From: Nitrospinota bacterium
GTDB taxonomy: Bacteria; Nitrospinota; Nitrospinia; SZUA-224
DNA: 15,175 bases
Direction: 5' to 3'
NCBI GenBank assembly: GCA_016212345.1
Contig: JACRGM010000034.1
Location: 1-15,175, forward strand
Both the position numbers and the translations under genes were made by a program. Positions 1 through 7,705 of this stretch are shown here, piece by piece. Positions within the stretch are counted from its first letter, which is position 1. Every line of letters begins with the position of its first letter. The notes under the pieces are model-generated. The model was not told the origin of the DNA. It did not search any database and saw nothing but the letters and a program-made list of their open reading frames with translations.

Positions 1-34
1 AGAATTCCAAACAAGGAAAGGAGGTGTATATAGA

Positions 35-241
35 ATGGCAGTAGAAAAGGCAATTGGTTCGTCCAGTCTGATTGAGGTTATTGACCGAATCCTGGATAAG
101 GGTGTTGTGGTTGATGCCTGGATAAGGGTCTCTTTAGTGGGTATTGAAATACTCGCCATAGAGGCCAGGGTAGTGGTGGCATCAGTAGAGACCTACCTGA
201 AGTACGCTGAGGCAATAGGTTTGACTGCAACAGCAGCCTAA
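35..241 (+). CDS. gvpA: Gas vesicle major structural protein GvpA (68 aa)
   Basis: Translation [64 protein letters not shown] is near-identical to the conserved GvpA core ([35 protein letters not shown]). GGAGGTG RBS lies 8 nt upstream of the ATG. Confidence 0.95.
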   Translation: MAVEKAIGSSSLIEVIDRILDKGVVVDAWIRVSLVGIEILAIEARVVVASVETYLKYAEAIGLTATAA

Positions 242-333
242 GGATGGTCAACGACCAAGGAGGATTCTTGCCGAATTATCCTTATGCCTCGATATATGGA
301 GGGGAAAGAGTATAATTCGCCAAGAATTCCTTC

Positions 334-340
334 TTTTTTT
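334..340 (+). terminator. Oligo-T tract (T7) about 95 nt downstream of gvpA, preceded by a weak AGAA/TTCT mini-stem; possible archaeal-type or weak intrinsic terminator
   Basis: ttccttcttttttt is seen directly. No strong GC stem precedes it, so this is tentative. A run of Ts alone suffices for archaeal termination. Confidence 0.25.
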
Positions 341-354
341 AAAGAGGAAAATTT

Positions 355-447
355 AATCACCCCCACCTGGCCTCACCCCTCAATTTAGGTTATAGGTTAT
401 AGGGATTTGGGCAATTACCTAACACCTAACACCCAAAGGGGGTGGGT
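355..447. repeat. G/C-tract structured element: outer inverted repeat CACCCCCACC / GGGGGTGGGTG enclosing tandem heptamers (GGTTATA x2 and CCTAACA x2)
   Basis: Seen directly. C-runs at 362-371 pair with G-runs at 437-447. Similar C-run/G-run elements are at 7615-7705 and 9656-9732. Confidence 0.4.
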
Positions 448-494
448 GGCATGGACAAACTTGTTTGTCCGTGCCTTTGTGGTAGGGTGAAAGG
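444..494 (+). promoter_or_regulatory. Module B copy 1: GGGTGGCATGGACAAACTTGTTTGTCCGTGCCTTTGTGG, with the perfect 18-bp palindrome GGACAAAC-TT-GTTTGTCC at 453-470
   Basis: The perfect 8-2-8 palindrome is seen directly. The same module recurs at 3751-3811, 4408-4450 and 7698-7738. Candidate operator or transcription-factor site. Confidence 0.5.
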
Positions 495-510
495 TATTTT
501 TAGAGGAAAT

Positions 511-560
511 CCTCATACCGACCATAGTCGGCACAAAGTAGGGATGAAAATTTGATCACA
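511..560 (+). repeat. Module A copy 1: CCTCATACCGACCATAGTCGGCACAAAGTAGGGATGAAAATTTGATCACAC, with a CCGAC/GTCGG hairpin
   Basis: Related copies at 4371-4407, 7563-7619 and 9621-9662. Carries a GGAGG-like site followed by ATGAAAAT. Confidence 0.5.
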
Positions 561-570
561 CTCACTAGTC

Positions 571-620
571 CCCTCTCCCCTTTGGGGAGAGGGCAAGGGT
601 GAGGGGCTATTTTCAGAGGA
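571..620 (+). promoter_or_regulatory. Module C copy 1: 10-bp stem CCCTCTCCCC-TTT-GGGGAGAGGG, then a G-run tract GGGCAAGGGTGAGGGG, then the GGCTATTTTCAGAGGA leader
   Basis: Seen directly. Near-identical copy at 9831-9880 upstream of gvpG. Lies immediately upstream of the 626 ATG. Confidence 0.5.
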
Positions 621-625
621 AGGTA

Positions 626-1228
626 ATGCCTTTATCAGAAGATATGAAAGATATTGTCGAGGATATGATTTCTTCTTATGATATGAGGATCCAGAGTATC
701 GGGGCCATCTTTGATACTACTTACCAACTCCTCGAAGGTCTTCAGGATTCCTTTCTTGATACAAAACAAGAACAAGAAAGGATTAATGCAGAATTACGGG
801 AGAATCTTGCCAAAAACGGGTCTTTAAGGAGGAAGGATTTTGACAATATGATGCAGGGCATCCTTTTAACACAGGAGGAAAGGGAAAGGGAGGTAAGGAA
901 TCTGTTAAAGACCTACCTTAATGAACAAAAGAAGATGATACATGCCTTAAGAGAGAATCTGGCTAAGATCAAAGATGCTATTGCCAAAGGTGATATTCAA
1001 AGGGTCAAGGATTTCCGTGGCATGATTATTGAAAAAATATTTGCCAAACCAGAAGAAAGAAAGGAAGATCTTACCTCTAATCTAAAGAGGTTTCAAAGAG
1101 AACAAAAGGCCTTGTCAAAAAGACTTAAACGACTTTTAGCAAAAGGGGATGAACTTCAGATAAAGGATATCAAATTAATGCTCAAGGAATTCAAAAACAA
1201 ACATAATAAAGAGCGAATAGCTCACTAG
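626..1228 (+). CDS. Charged alpha-helical repeat protein, paralog 1 (N-terminal EDMISSYDMR motif; internal repeats LRENLAK...KDF..M). Candidate GvpC-like gas-vesicle shell-associated protein
   Basis: The tool ORF starts at GTG 599 inside module C. ATG at 626 with AGAGGAAGG RBS is preferred. Position right after gvpA, K/E/R-rich repeat structure, and paralogy with the next ORF. Not recognisably cyanobacterial GvpC. Confidence 0.75.
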   Translation: MPLSEDMKDIVEDMISSYDMRIQSIGAIFDTTYQLLEGLQDSFLDTKQEQERINAELRENLAKNGSLRRKDFDNMMQGILLTQEEREREVRNLLKTYLNEQKKMIHALRENLAKIKDAIAKGDIQRVKDFRGMIIEKIFAKPEERKEDLTSNLKRFQREQKALSKRLKRLLAKGDELQIKDIKLMLKEFKNKHNKERIAH

Positions 1229-1242
1229 GGAAGGAGGTAAAT

Positions 1243-2031
1243 ATGGGAATGGGAATAGCTACTGATATTAAAAGGCTTGGTGAAGACATTATTACTTCTT
1301 ATGATATGCGAGTAAAGGCCATGGGAGAGCGAGTAAAGGTGGTAGGAGAATTAGTAAGAGATACTCACAATATGGTTAAAGGGTTTCAGGCAAGGGATAA
1401 AGAGAGAAGGGATAATCTCAAGGCATATCTTACAAAGTCCGAAGAAGATAGACTTAAGGATTTCAAGATAACGATGGATGATCTTGTAAGGTGTAAAGAA
1501 GATAGAGGTAAGGATTTGAAAATAATGATAGCCGAGATTAAAAGATTTATAGTGGAGACGAGGCAGGCGAATGCAAAATTAATGAAACAGAGTAGAGAAG
1601 ATAGAAATAAGGAAGTAGCAGAACTCTTAGAAAGATTTGCAAAGGATCATGAGGCCATGGCATCTGAACTTGAGAAAGGCCTTGAGAAAGGAGAGAGAGA
1701 GAGACTTAGAGACTTCGGGTCAATGATGAGTAGTATTCAAAAATCTATTCAGGATGTAATTAACGATACCAAGGGATTAATTGAGGGAGTTCGGGAAAAA
1801 CTGAGAAATAAAAAATTCCTTGCCTTCTTAGAGGATTTCAAGACCGAAAGGGAAAAGATGGCTGCTAATTGGCAGAAACTCTCTGAGGAGATGTATAAGA
1901 GGAGAGGCGGAAAGATATCGAGGGTAAAGGTAGAAGCTGATGAAGAGGTAAAGACCGTTGAAGAGGTAGTAGAAGCAAGGTCAAACAAAAAGCTAAAGCT
2001 AAACAAAAAAAGAGGAGTGAAGAAGATATGA
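1243..2031 (+). CDS. Charged repeat protein, paralog 2 (GEDIITSYDMR motif; RLKDF/RLRDF repeats; Lys-rich C-terminal tail)
   Basis: GGAAGGAGGT RBS 6 nt upstream. N-terminus and the KDF..M repeats align with the previous ORF. Confidence 0.75.
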   Translation: MGMGIATDIKRLGEDIITSYDMRVKAMGERVKVVGELVRDTHNMVKGFQARDKERRDNLKAYLTKSEEDRLKDFKITMDDLVRCKEDRGKDLKIMIAEIKRFIVETRQANAKLMKQSREDRNKEVAELLERFAKDHEAMASELEKGLEKGERERLRDFGSMMSSIQKSIQDVINDTKGLIEGVREKLRNKKFLAFLEDFKTEREKMAANWQKLSEEMYKRRGGKISRVKVEADEEVKTVEEVVEARSNKKLKLNKKRGVKKI

Positions 2032-2969
2032 TAGAAGAGATGACAACAGTCCTTGAACCGAGTCCTCTACCAGATTTTGTAGAAACAAAGTATATTAAGG
2101 ATATTGTCAATAGGGCACTCTCTTATATTAAGGCTGGTTTTCCGGTCCATTTTAGAGGAGGCTCAGGTACTGGCAAGACAACACTCGCTATGCATATAGC
2201 AAGTAAGCTTAAAAAGCCTGTGGTAATGATTCACGGGGATGAAGAGCTCACAACCTCTGATCTAACAGGTGGAGAACATGGCTACAGATTTAGGAAGGTT
2301 GTTGATCGCTTTGTCTCTCGAGTTTTAAAGCTAGAAGAGGATATGGTCAAACATTGGGTTGACAATCGTTTAACTCTGGCCTGTAGATATGGATTTACCC
2401 TTATCTATGATGAATTCACCCGCTCAAAACCAGAGGCGAATAATATCCTTCTTTCTGTCTTCCAGGAGAAGATGATGGATTTGCCTATGGGAAGAGGTGG
2501 GGAGGAGTCATATTTAAAGGTTGATCCAGAGTTTACAGCTATCTTCACCAGCAACCCTGAGGAATATGCCGGGGTTCACAAGAGTCAGGATGCCTTAAGG
2601 GATAGGATGATAACTATGGATCTAGACTACTTTGACTATGATACAGAGGTAGCAATCACTCAGGGGAAATCCAAACTCTCTAGATCAGATGCTGAGATGA
2701 TAGTTAATATTGTTCGTGGTCTGAGAGAATCTGGAAAGTGTGAGTTTGCCCCAACTGTTCGGGGCTGCATTATGATTGCCAAGACACTTAAGACTCAAGG
2801 TATTACTCCTGCCAAATCCAACGGCGCCTTTATGGCGATCTGCCATGATATTCTATCCTCTGAAACGAGTCGAATTGGCTCTAAAACAAATCAAAATAGG
2901 GTCAAGAAGGTAGTTAAAGGGATTATCGAGAAGGAACTTGGCATGGGAAAGACGAGGAACTTGGCATGA
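2028..2969 (+). CDS. gvpN: Gas vesicle AAA+ ATPase GvpN
   Basis: Walker A FRGGSGTGKTTLAMHIA and Walker B-like LIYDEF, typical MoxR-like GvpN length of 313 aa. ATG overlaps the upstream stop (ATGA), suggesting translational coupling. Confidence 0.92.
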   Translation: MIEEMTTVLEPSPLPDFVETKYIKDIVNRALSYIKAGFPVHFRGGSGTGKTTLAMHIASKLKKPVVMIHGDEELTTSDLTGGEHGYRFRKVVDRFVSRVLKLEEDMVKHWVDNRLTLACRYGFTLIYDEFTRSKPEANNILLSVFQEKMMDLPMGRGGEESYLKVDPEFTAIFTSNPEEYAGVHKSQDALRDRMITMDLDYFDYDTEVAITQGKSKLSRSDAEMIVNIVRGLRESGKCEFAPTVRGCIMIAKTLKTQGITPAKSNGAFMAICHDILSSETSRIGSKTNQNRVKKVVKGIIEKELGMGKTRNLA

Positions 2970-2999
2970 GGAGAAAGAAGAAGTAGAAGGAGGACGACA

Positions 3000-3341
3000 A
3001 TGAGAGGAATTAATAACCTTAAAGGGCTCCATGCATTAAGGACTATGGATAGCACAAAGAGACGTTCCATACCGAGGATTCAAACCTCGATTTATTTAGA
3101 TATGTATATGTTGAATACAGAGAAGACAAGACTCTTAAGAGAAGACGAAAGACTAGGGGCAAGGAGATATGCTATTAGAAAGCGACTAGAAGAAATAGAG
3201 CAAGAGATGAATAAGTTACAAGAGGCTGAGACCGATGAGAGCACAGTTAAGGCCAGGACAAACAGAATCCTTTCAAAACATCCTTACATTCAGAAAGATG
3301 GGGGTAAAAAAGAGTGGAAGAAGATACCTTTAAATTATTAG
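3000..3341 (+). CDS. Hypothetical basic coiled-coil protein (113 aa) inside the gvp operon
   Basis: AGGAGG RBS 7 nt upstream. K/R/E-rich, no recognisable family. Position between gvpN and gvpJ. Confidence 0.6.
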   Translation: MRGINNLKGLHALRTMDSTKRRSIPRIQTSIYLDMYMLNTEKTRLLREDERLGARRYAIRKRLEEIEQEMNKLQEAETDESTVKARTNRILSKHPYIQKDGGKKEWKKIPLNY

Positions 3342-3372
3342 GGAAGAAGAATAAAGAGCAAGGGAGATTAAA

Positions 3373-3672
3373 ATGGCTGATCAAATAGTGCATGCGGTTC
3401 AGACAACAAACCTTGCGGATATCTTAGAGAGGGTCTTAGAGAAAGGTATAGTTATTGCTGGAGATATTAAGATTCAGATCGCTGATGTAGATCTACTTAA
3501 TATTAAGATCCGTCTTTTAATTTCCTCTGTGGATAAGGCTATGGAGATGGGGATAAATTGGTGGCAAAGCGATTCTTATCTTTCTTCAGAAAGAGAAGAG
3601 AGAGAATTAGAGAAAGAAAATAAAACCTTAAAGAAGAGATTAAGGCAGTTAGAGGCAAAGACAAAAATTTAA
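3373..3672 (+). CDS. gvpJ: Gas vesicle protein GvpJ (GvpA/J/M family)
   Basis: LADILERVLEKGIVIAGDIKIQIADVDLLNIKIRLLISSVDKAMEMGINWW matches the GvpJ pattern, including the WW. Charged C-terminal tail. Confidence 0.9.
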   Translation: MADQIVHAVQTTNLADILERVLEKGIVIAGDIKIQIADVDLLNIKIRLLISSVDKAMEMGINWWQSDSYLSSEREERELEKENKTLKKRLRQLEAKTKI

Positions 3673-3729
3673 AATTCAAAACATTCTGTATGCAATGCTT
3701 GTTTAGAATTTAGATATTAGGATTTAGAA

Positions 3730-3739
3730 TTTATATAAA
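3730..3739 (+). promoter_or_regulatory. TTTATATAAA: archaeal TATA-box-like element (or a bacterial -10-like AT box), 21 nt upstream of the module B palindrome
   Basis: Seen directly. The identical 10-mer is at 7684-7693 in the same relative context (gatttaRaatTTATATAAA). Confidence 0.35.
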
Positions 3740-3750
3740 GCTGGGTGGCT

Positions 3751-3831
3751 GGGTGGCATGGACAAACTTGTTTGTCCGTGCTTGTTTGTCCGTGCCTTTG
3801 TTGGAGGCTGAAAGGCTATTTTCAGAGGAAG
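3751..3831 (+). promoter_or_regulatory. Module B copy 2 (palindrome 3760-3777) with an internal duplication of the half-site TTGTTTGTCCGTGC (3768-3781 and 3782-3795), followed by the GGCTATTTTCAGAGGAA leader
   Basis: Seen directly. Immediately upstream of the Hsp20/gvpH-like ATG at 3836. Confidence 0.5.
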
Positions 3832-3835
3832 AAAT

Positions 3836-4384
3836 ATGGCAAAAGAAAAGAAAAAAAAGGAAGAAGAGAATTTAGATATTGATTTTGGTATAGGAAAGAT
3901 CAGTTTAGGAGGGTTATTTAAAGGTATAGAGAAATTAGTTGACCTGGCTGCAGATCTAAAAGAGGCTGGTGGTGAGATCAAGAAAGAAGGTGAAATAGAT
4001 CTAGGTCATCTTAAAGATGGTATGAAAGGGGTGTTTGGCTTTTCTATAAAGACAAGTATAGGGGGAAGGCCAATAGTTGAGTCATTTGGCAATATTAAGA
4101 AGAGCCCTAAAGGGCCTACAGTCAAGGAGGAGAGAGAGCCTATTACAGATATCTTTGACGAAAAAGAGGAGGTTCGTGTCTACGCTGAGATGCCAGGCGT
4201 GAATGAAGGGGATATAAGATTAGATCTAAAGGGGGATATATTAGATATCTCAGCCCAAAGCGGAGAGAGAAAGTATCATAAAGAGGTTTTACTTCCAGAA
4301 AAGGTAAATCCTGAGACCCTTACATCGAGTTATAAAAATGGTGTATTAGAGGTAAAGATGAAGAAACCCTCATGCCCATCATAG
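3836..4384 (+). CDS. Small heat-shock (Hsp20/alpha-crystallin domain) protein in the GvpH position, with a Gly/Lys-rich N-terminal region
   Basis: C-terminal VRVYAEMPGVNEGDIRLDLKGDILDISAQ...KYHKEVLLPEKVNPETLTSSYKNGVLEVKMKK fits the alpha-crystallin domain pattern (PGV..EDI, I.LP, NGVL.V). Confidence 0.85.
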   Translation: MAKEKKKKEEENLDIDFGIGKISLGGLFKGIEKLVDLAADLKEAGGEIKKEGEIDLGHLKDGMKGVFGFSIKTSIGGRPIVESFGNIKKSPKGPTVKEEREPITDIFDEKEEVRVYAEMPGVNEGDIRLDLKGDILDISAQSGERKYHKEVLLPEKVNPETLTSSYKNGVLEVKMKKPSCPS

Positions 4385-4407
4385 TCAGCACAAAGAGGGA
4401 TGAAAAT

Positions 4408-4473
4408 GGGTGGCATGGACAAACTTGTTTGTCCGTGTCTTTGTGGTAGGGTGAAAGGCTATTTTCTGAGGAA
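4408..4473 (+). promoter_or_regulatory. Module B copy 3 (palindrome 4417-4434) plus GGCTATTTTCTGAGGAA leader abutting the 4474 ATG. A partial module A (4371-4407) precedes it and overlaps the Hsp20 gene 3' end
   Basis: Seen directly. Confidence 0.5.
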
Positions 4474-5412
4474 ATGGGATTAACAGGATTAAGAGATGAT
4501 CCGCTAAAGCTGATATTATTTGGTGGCAAAGGGGGGGTAGGAAAGACAACCTGTGCCTCAAGTACAGCCCTTTACTGTTTATCATTGGATTTTAAGACAC
4601 TAATCTTTTCAACAGACCCAGCACATTCACTTTCTGATAGTTTGGGCCAGAAGATCGGCGATGAAATAAAAGAGGTACAAGGGATAAAAAATTTAAGTGC
4701 CCTTGAAATAAACTCAAAAAAGGCCTTTTCTAGATTTAAGATACAATATGAAGACCAAATAAGAAAGATATTAGATACCTCTACCTATTTAGATCAGGAA
4801 GATATCAACTCTATCTTTGCCTTACCCATCCCTGGTATAGATGAGATAATGGGATTTAAGACCATGGTTGACCTCATTGAGGAGGCAAGGTTTGACAAAT
4901 TCATTGGGGATACAGCACCTACGGGCCATGCCTTAAGACTTTTAACCTTACCTGAATTATTAGATGACTGGATTAAGGTGATGGCAAAGTTGAGGTGGAA
5001 ATATAGGTATATGGTAGAAAGATTTTCTGGGGGATATAAACCTGATGAAGGTGATGACTTTCTATTAAGTATGAAAAGGAGTGTAAAGAGGATTGAAGGT
5101 CTACTCCGGGATGATCAAAGGTGTGAATTTATCGTGGTAACAGTACCGGAGGATATGGCGATCTTAGAGACAGAGAGATTAATAGAAACATTAGGTAGAT
5201 ATGGGATAAAGGTAAGGCAGTTAGTGGTAAATAATGTATTAGAGTCAAATGGTTGTCCATTTTGTAGAGAAAGAAGAAAAGAACAGGAGAGATATATAGA
5301 TCGAATAAGGACAAGATTCAGTAATTTAAGGCTGACAATTACCTTTTTACAGCCTCGAGAGGTTAAAGGGGTAGAGGCCTTGAATAATTTTAAGGATATT
5401 TTATTTCAATAA
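4474..5412 (+). CDS. ArsA/Get3-family (anion-transporting / tail-anchored-protein targeting type) P-loop ATPase
   Basis: Deviant Walker [11 protein letters not shown], ArsA/Get3 signature [13 protein letters not shown], and a CPFC (CxxC) motif near the C-terminus as in Get3 zinc-binding dimers. Confidence 0.88.
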   Translation: MGLTGLRDDPLKLILFGGKGGVGKTTCASSTALYCLSLDFKTLIFSTDPAHSLSDSLGQKIGDEIKEVQGIKNLSALEINSKKAFSRFKIQYEDQIRKILDTSTYLDQEDINSIFALPIPGIDEIMGFKTMVDLIEEARFDKFIGDTAPTGHALRLLTLPELLDDWIKVMAKLRWKYRYMVERFSGGYKPDEGDDFLLSMKRSVKRIEGLLRDDQRCEFIVVTVPEDMAILETERLIETLGRYGIKVRQLVVNNVLESNGCPFCRERRKEQERYIDRIRTRFSNLRLTITFLQPREVKGVEALNNFKDILFQ

Positions 5413-7586
5413 TGAAAAAAGAGAACACAATCTTAACCCTAAGAGTCAAGGAGGCCTTATCAAAGGATGTAGGTAGGGCAGTTGCAAGGATTGACCCTGA
5501 AGATATGAAGACCCTGGGATTAGAGGTTGGTGAGATTATAGAGATTGAAGGTAAAAGGAAGACCCCTGCTAAGGTGATGCCCTGTTATGCTGAAGATAGA
5601 GGGAAAGGGATTATCCAAATGGATGGGATATCCAGAGAAAATTCACAGGTTGGACTGGACGAAAAGGTAACGATCCATAGAATCGGTTATAAAGTCGCAA
5701 AGAAGATTATACTCTCTCCTTTGACTGTATCCAGTTTATCTACAAGAGACAAAGACACTAAATATATCGGCTCACTTATAGAGGGATTGCCTGTAACTAT
5801 TGGAGATAGGGTAAGGGCTACACTCTTTGGGTCAAGGTCTTGTGACTTTAAGGTACAGGATACTCTTCCTCCTGATAGTGTAGTCTTGATAAGCCCAACT
5901 ACCTTAATAGAGATGAAGACAAAAGGGTTAGAGGAGACTATACAAGCCAAGGTTTCATACGAAGATATCGGTGGACTTACCCCACAGATCCAAAGGATTA
6001 GGGAAACGATTGAACTACCATTAAGATATCCTCAAGTATTTGAGAGATTAGGGATCGATGCGCCCAAAGGTGTCTTTCTTTATGGACCACCTGGGACAGG
6101 AAAGACCTTGATTGCTCGGGCAGTGGCTAATGAAACAGATGCCTATTTTACCAGTATAAGTGGGCCTGAGATTATGGGTAAATTCTACGGTGAGAGCGAG
6201 GGACGACTACGTTCGATCTTTCAGGAGGCTCAGGCAAATGCCCCTGCTATTATATTTTTAGATGAGATTGAGGCTATTGCCCCAAAGAGGGAAGATATGG
6301 GTGCTGAAAAACAGGTTGAGCGCAGAGTAGTAGCCCAACTCTTGGCATTAATGGATGGATTAGAGTCCAGGGGTAATGTTATTGTCGTCGCTGCAACCAA
6401 CCTCCCTAATATAGTAGATCCAGCCCTGAGGAGGCCAGGCCGATTTGATAGAGAGATCGCTATCCCTATCCCTGACAAAAATGGGAGATTAGAGATATTA
6501 CAGATTCACACAAGGGGTATGCCTCTATCAGAGGATGTTAGCTTAGGAAAATTAGCCGAAATTACCCATGGATTTGTAGGTGCGGATTTAGAGGCACTGG
6601 CAAGGGAATCTGCGATGTCTGCTTTAAGAAAGATATTACCGAAGATCGACTTTGAGATGGCTGATATCCCTTATGAGACACTAATGAAGATAGAGGTGAC
6701 AATGGATAATTTCTTGGAGGCAATGAAAGAGGTTGAGCCGTCAGCAATACGGGAGGTCTTTGTTGAGGTCCCAGATGTCAAATGGGAAGATGTGGGGGGC
6801 TTAGAGGATATAAAAGAAGAGCTGAAAGAGGCGATAGAGTGGCCACTTAAGCATTCAGAGATCTTTAAGATGGCAAATACAAATCCACCTAAAGGTATAC
6901 TCCTTTATGGGGCCCCAGGGACAGGGAAGACATTCTTGGCCAAGGCAGTAGCTAATGAAAGTGGGGTAAACTTTATTTCGGTAAAAGGCCCTTCTCTTAT
7001 CTCAAAATATGTGGGAGAAAGTGAAAAGGCAATCCGTGAGGTATTTAAGACAGCAAAACATGCCTCACCTAGTATCTTATTTTTTGATGAAATAGATAGT
7101 CTTGTCCCTCGAAGGGGTTCAAGTAGCACAGACGCACATGTAACAGAGAGGGTGATAAGTCAATTCTTAACAGAGATGGATGGGATTGAGGAACTTAAAG
7201 GGGTAGTAGTCTTGGCCGCTACCAATAGATTGGATTTAGTCGATCCAGCATTATTGAGAAGTGGGAGATTTGACCTTTTGCTTGAGTTACATAAACCAGA
7301 TGATAAAACCAGACAAGAGATATTCAAGATACATACTAAAGATAAACCGCTTGCTAAGGATGTCAATTTAATAGACTTAGCAAAAGAGACTGAAGGTTGG
7401 GTGGGGTCGGATATTGAGTTTATCTGCCGAAGGGCCTCTATGTTGGCGATAAGGGAATTCATCAACCAGAGAGGGAAGGGCACAAGTCAAGGCACAGGGC
7501 TTAAGATTTCAAATAGGCATTTTGAAGAGGCGATTAAGTTGATCCACAACCAAAAAGGAGATCCTCATACCGAATACCGACCTTAG
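5412..7586 (+). CDS. CDC48/VAT/p97-type double-AAA unfoldase (N domain + D1 + D2)
   Basis: N-domain [33 protein letters not shown]1 has [17 protein letters not shown] and IIFLDEIE. D2 has [17 protein letters not shown] and [11 protein letters not shown] overlaps the upstream TAA (taATG). Last codons lie inside module A copy 3. Confidence 0.93.
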   Translation: MKKENTILTLRVKEALSKDVGRAVARIDPEDMKTLGLEVGEIIEIEGKRKTPAKVMPCYAEDRGKGIIQMDGISRENSQVGLDEKVTIHRIGYKVAKKIILSPLTVSSLSTRDKDTKYIGSLIEGLPVTIGDRVRATLFGSRSCDFKVQDTLPPDSVVLISPTTLIEMKTKGLEETIQAKVSYEDIGGLTPQIQRIRETIELPLRYPQVFERLGIDAPKGVFLYGPPGTGKTLIARAVANETDAYFTSISGPEIMGKFYGESEGRLRSIFQEAQANAPAIIFLDEIEAIAPKREDMGAEKQVERRVVAQLLALMDGLESRGNVIVVAATNLPNIVDPALRRPGRFDREIAIPIPDKNGRLEILQIHTRGMPLSEDVSLGKLAEITHGFVGADLEALARESAMSALRKILPKIDFEMADIPYETLMKIEVTMDNFLEAMKEVEPSAIREVFVEVPDVKWEDVGGLEDIKEELKEAIEWPLKHSEIFKMANTNPPKGILLYGAPGTGKTFLAKAVANESGVNFISVKGPSLISKYVGESEKAIREVFKTAKHASPSILFFDEIDSLVPRRGSSSTDAHVTERVISQFLTEMDGIEELKGVVVLAATNRLDLVDPALLRSGRFDLLLELHKPDDKTRQEIFKIHTKDKPLAKDVNLIDLAKETEGWVGSDIEFICRRASMLAIREFINQRGKGTSQGTGLKISNRHFEEAIKLIHNQKGDPHTEYRP

Positions 7587-7619
7587 TCGGCACAAAGGAG
7601 GATGAAAATTGGATCACAC
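7563..7619 (+). repeat. Module A copy 3: CCTCATACCGAATACCGACCTTAGTCGGCACAAAGGAGGATGAAAATTGGATCACAC
   Basis: Overlaps the last about 8 codons and stop of the CDC48 gene. Confidence 0.5.
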
Positions 7620-7705
7620 CCCCACCCAGCCTCCCCCCTCAAGGGGATTGAGGGGGTATTTTTATTAGATATTAGGATTTAAAATTTATATAAAACTGGG
7701 GTGGC
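7620..7705. repeat. C-run/G-run structured element: hairpin CCCCCTCAA-GGGGA-TTGAGGGGG (7637-7659) nested between CCCCCACCC (7619-7629) and TGGGGTGG (7698-7705)
   Basis: Seen directly. Includes TTTATATAAA at 7684-7693. Confidence 0.4.
7684..7693 (+). promoter_or_regulatory. TTTATATAAA TATA-box-like element, 14 nt upstream of the module B palindrome
   Basis: Identical to 3730-3739. The flanking sequence gatttaaaatTTATATAAAactgggg parallels copy 2. Confidence 0.35.

Noticed and set aside
311-316. Bacterial sigma-70 -10 box TATAAT downstream of gvpA
   Set aside because: The hexamer is exact, but there is no acceptable -35 at 17 +/- 1 nt spacing. Could be chance in AT-rich DNA. Left unassigned.
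2-330. Two GAATTC (EcoRI) sites at 2-7 and 325-330 with similar flanks (agaattcc)
   Set aside because: Most likely coincidence or a cloning boundary at the window edge. No biological signal apparent.
447-470. Sigma-54 promoter reading of TGGCATGG...
   Set aside because: TGGCAT resembles the -24 box, but there is no TTGCW at the required 4-5 nt spacing. The sequence is better explained as a flank of the GGACAAACTTGTTTGTCC palindrome.
451-555. Cys-rich leader peptide MDKLVCPC(L/F)CG... encoded by each module B copy, fused in frame to the tool-called start of ORF 7706
   Set aside because: The peptide is encoded by a perfect DNA palindrome. The downstream reading frames differ in every copy (lengths 17, 22, 34 and a fusion). 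A nucleic-acid-level function is more parsimonious. It cannot be fully excluded without ribosome profiling.
599-625. Tool start codons at GTG 599, ATG 7706, GTG 8857, TTG 11416 and ATG 14803
   Set aside because: In each case a downstream ATG with a proper Shine-Dalgarno (626, 7760, 8863, 11419, 14743) gives an N-terminus that matches paralogs. The upstream extensions run into repeat modules or the preceding gene.
1749-2110. Minus-strand ORFs 1749-2006 and 1865-2110 (S/L/F-rich)
   Set aside because: They lie antisense to strongly supported + strand genes and translate to low-complexity S/L/F-rich sequence. These are typical antisense artefacts of K/E-rich (AAR/GAR) coding sequence.
3724-7483. 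Minus-strand ORFs 3724-3981, 4320-4529, 4385-4585, 5129-5314, 5687-5950, 6230-6478, 6562-6747, 6905-7129 and 7160-7483
   Set aside because: All are embedded antisense in the Hsp20, Get3-like and CDC48 genes or in repeat modules. They have no RBS support and no recognisable motifs, and the sense-strand genes have strong domain evidence.
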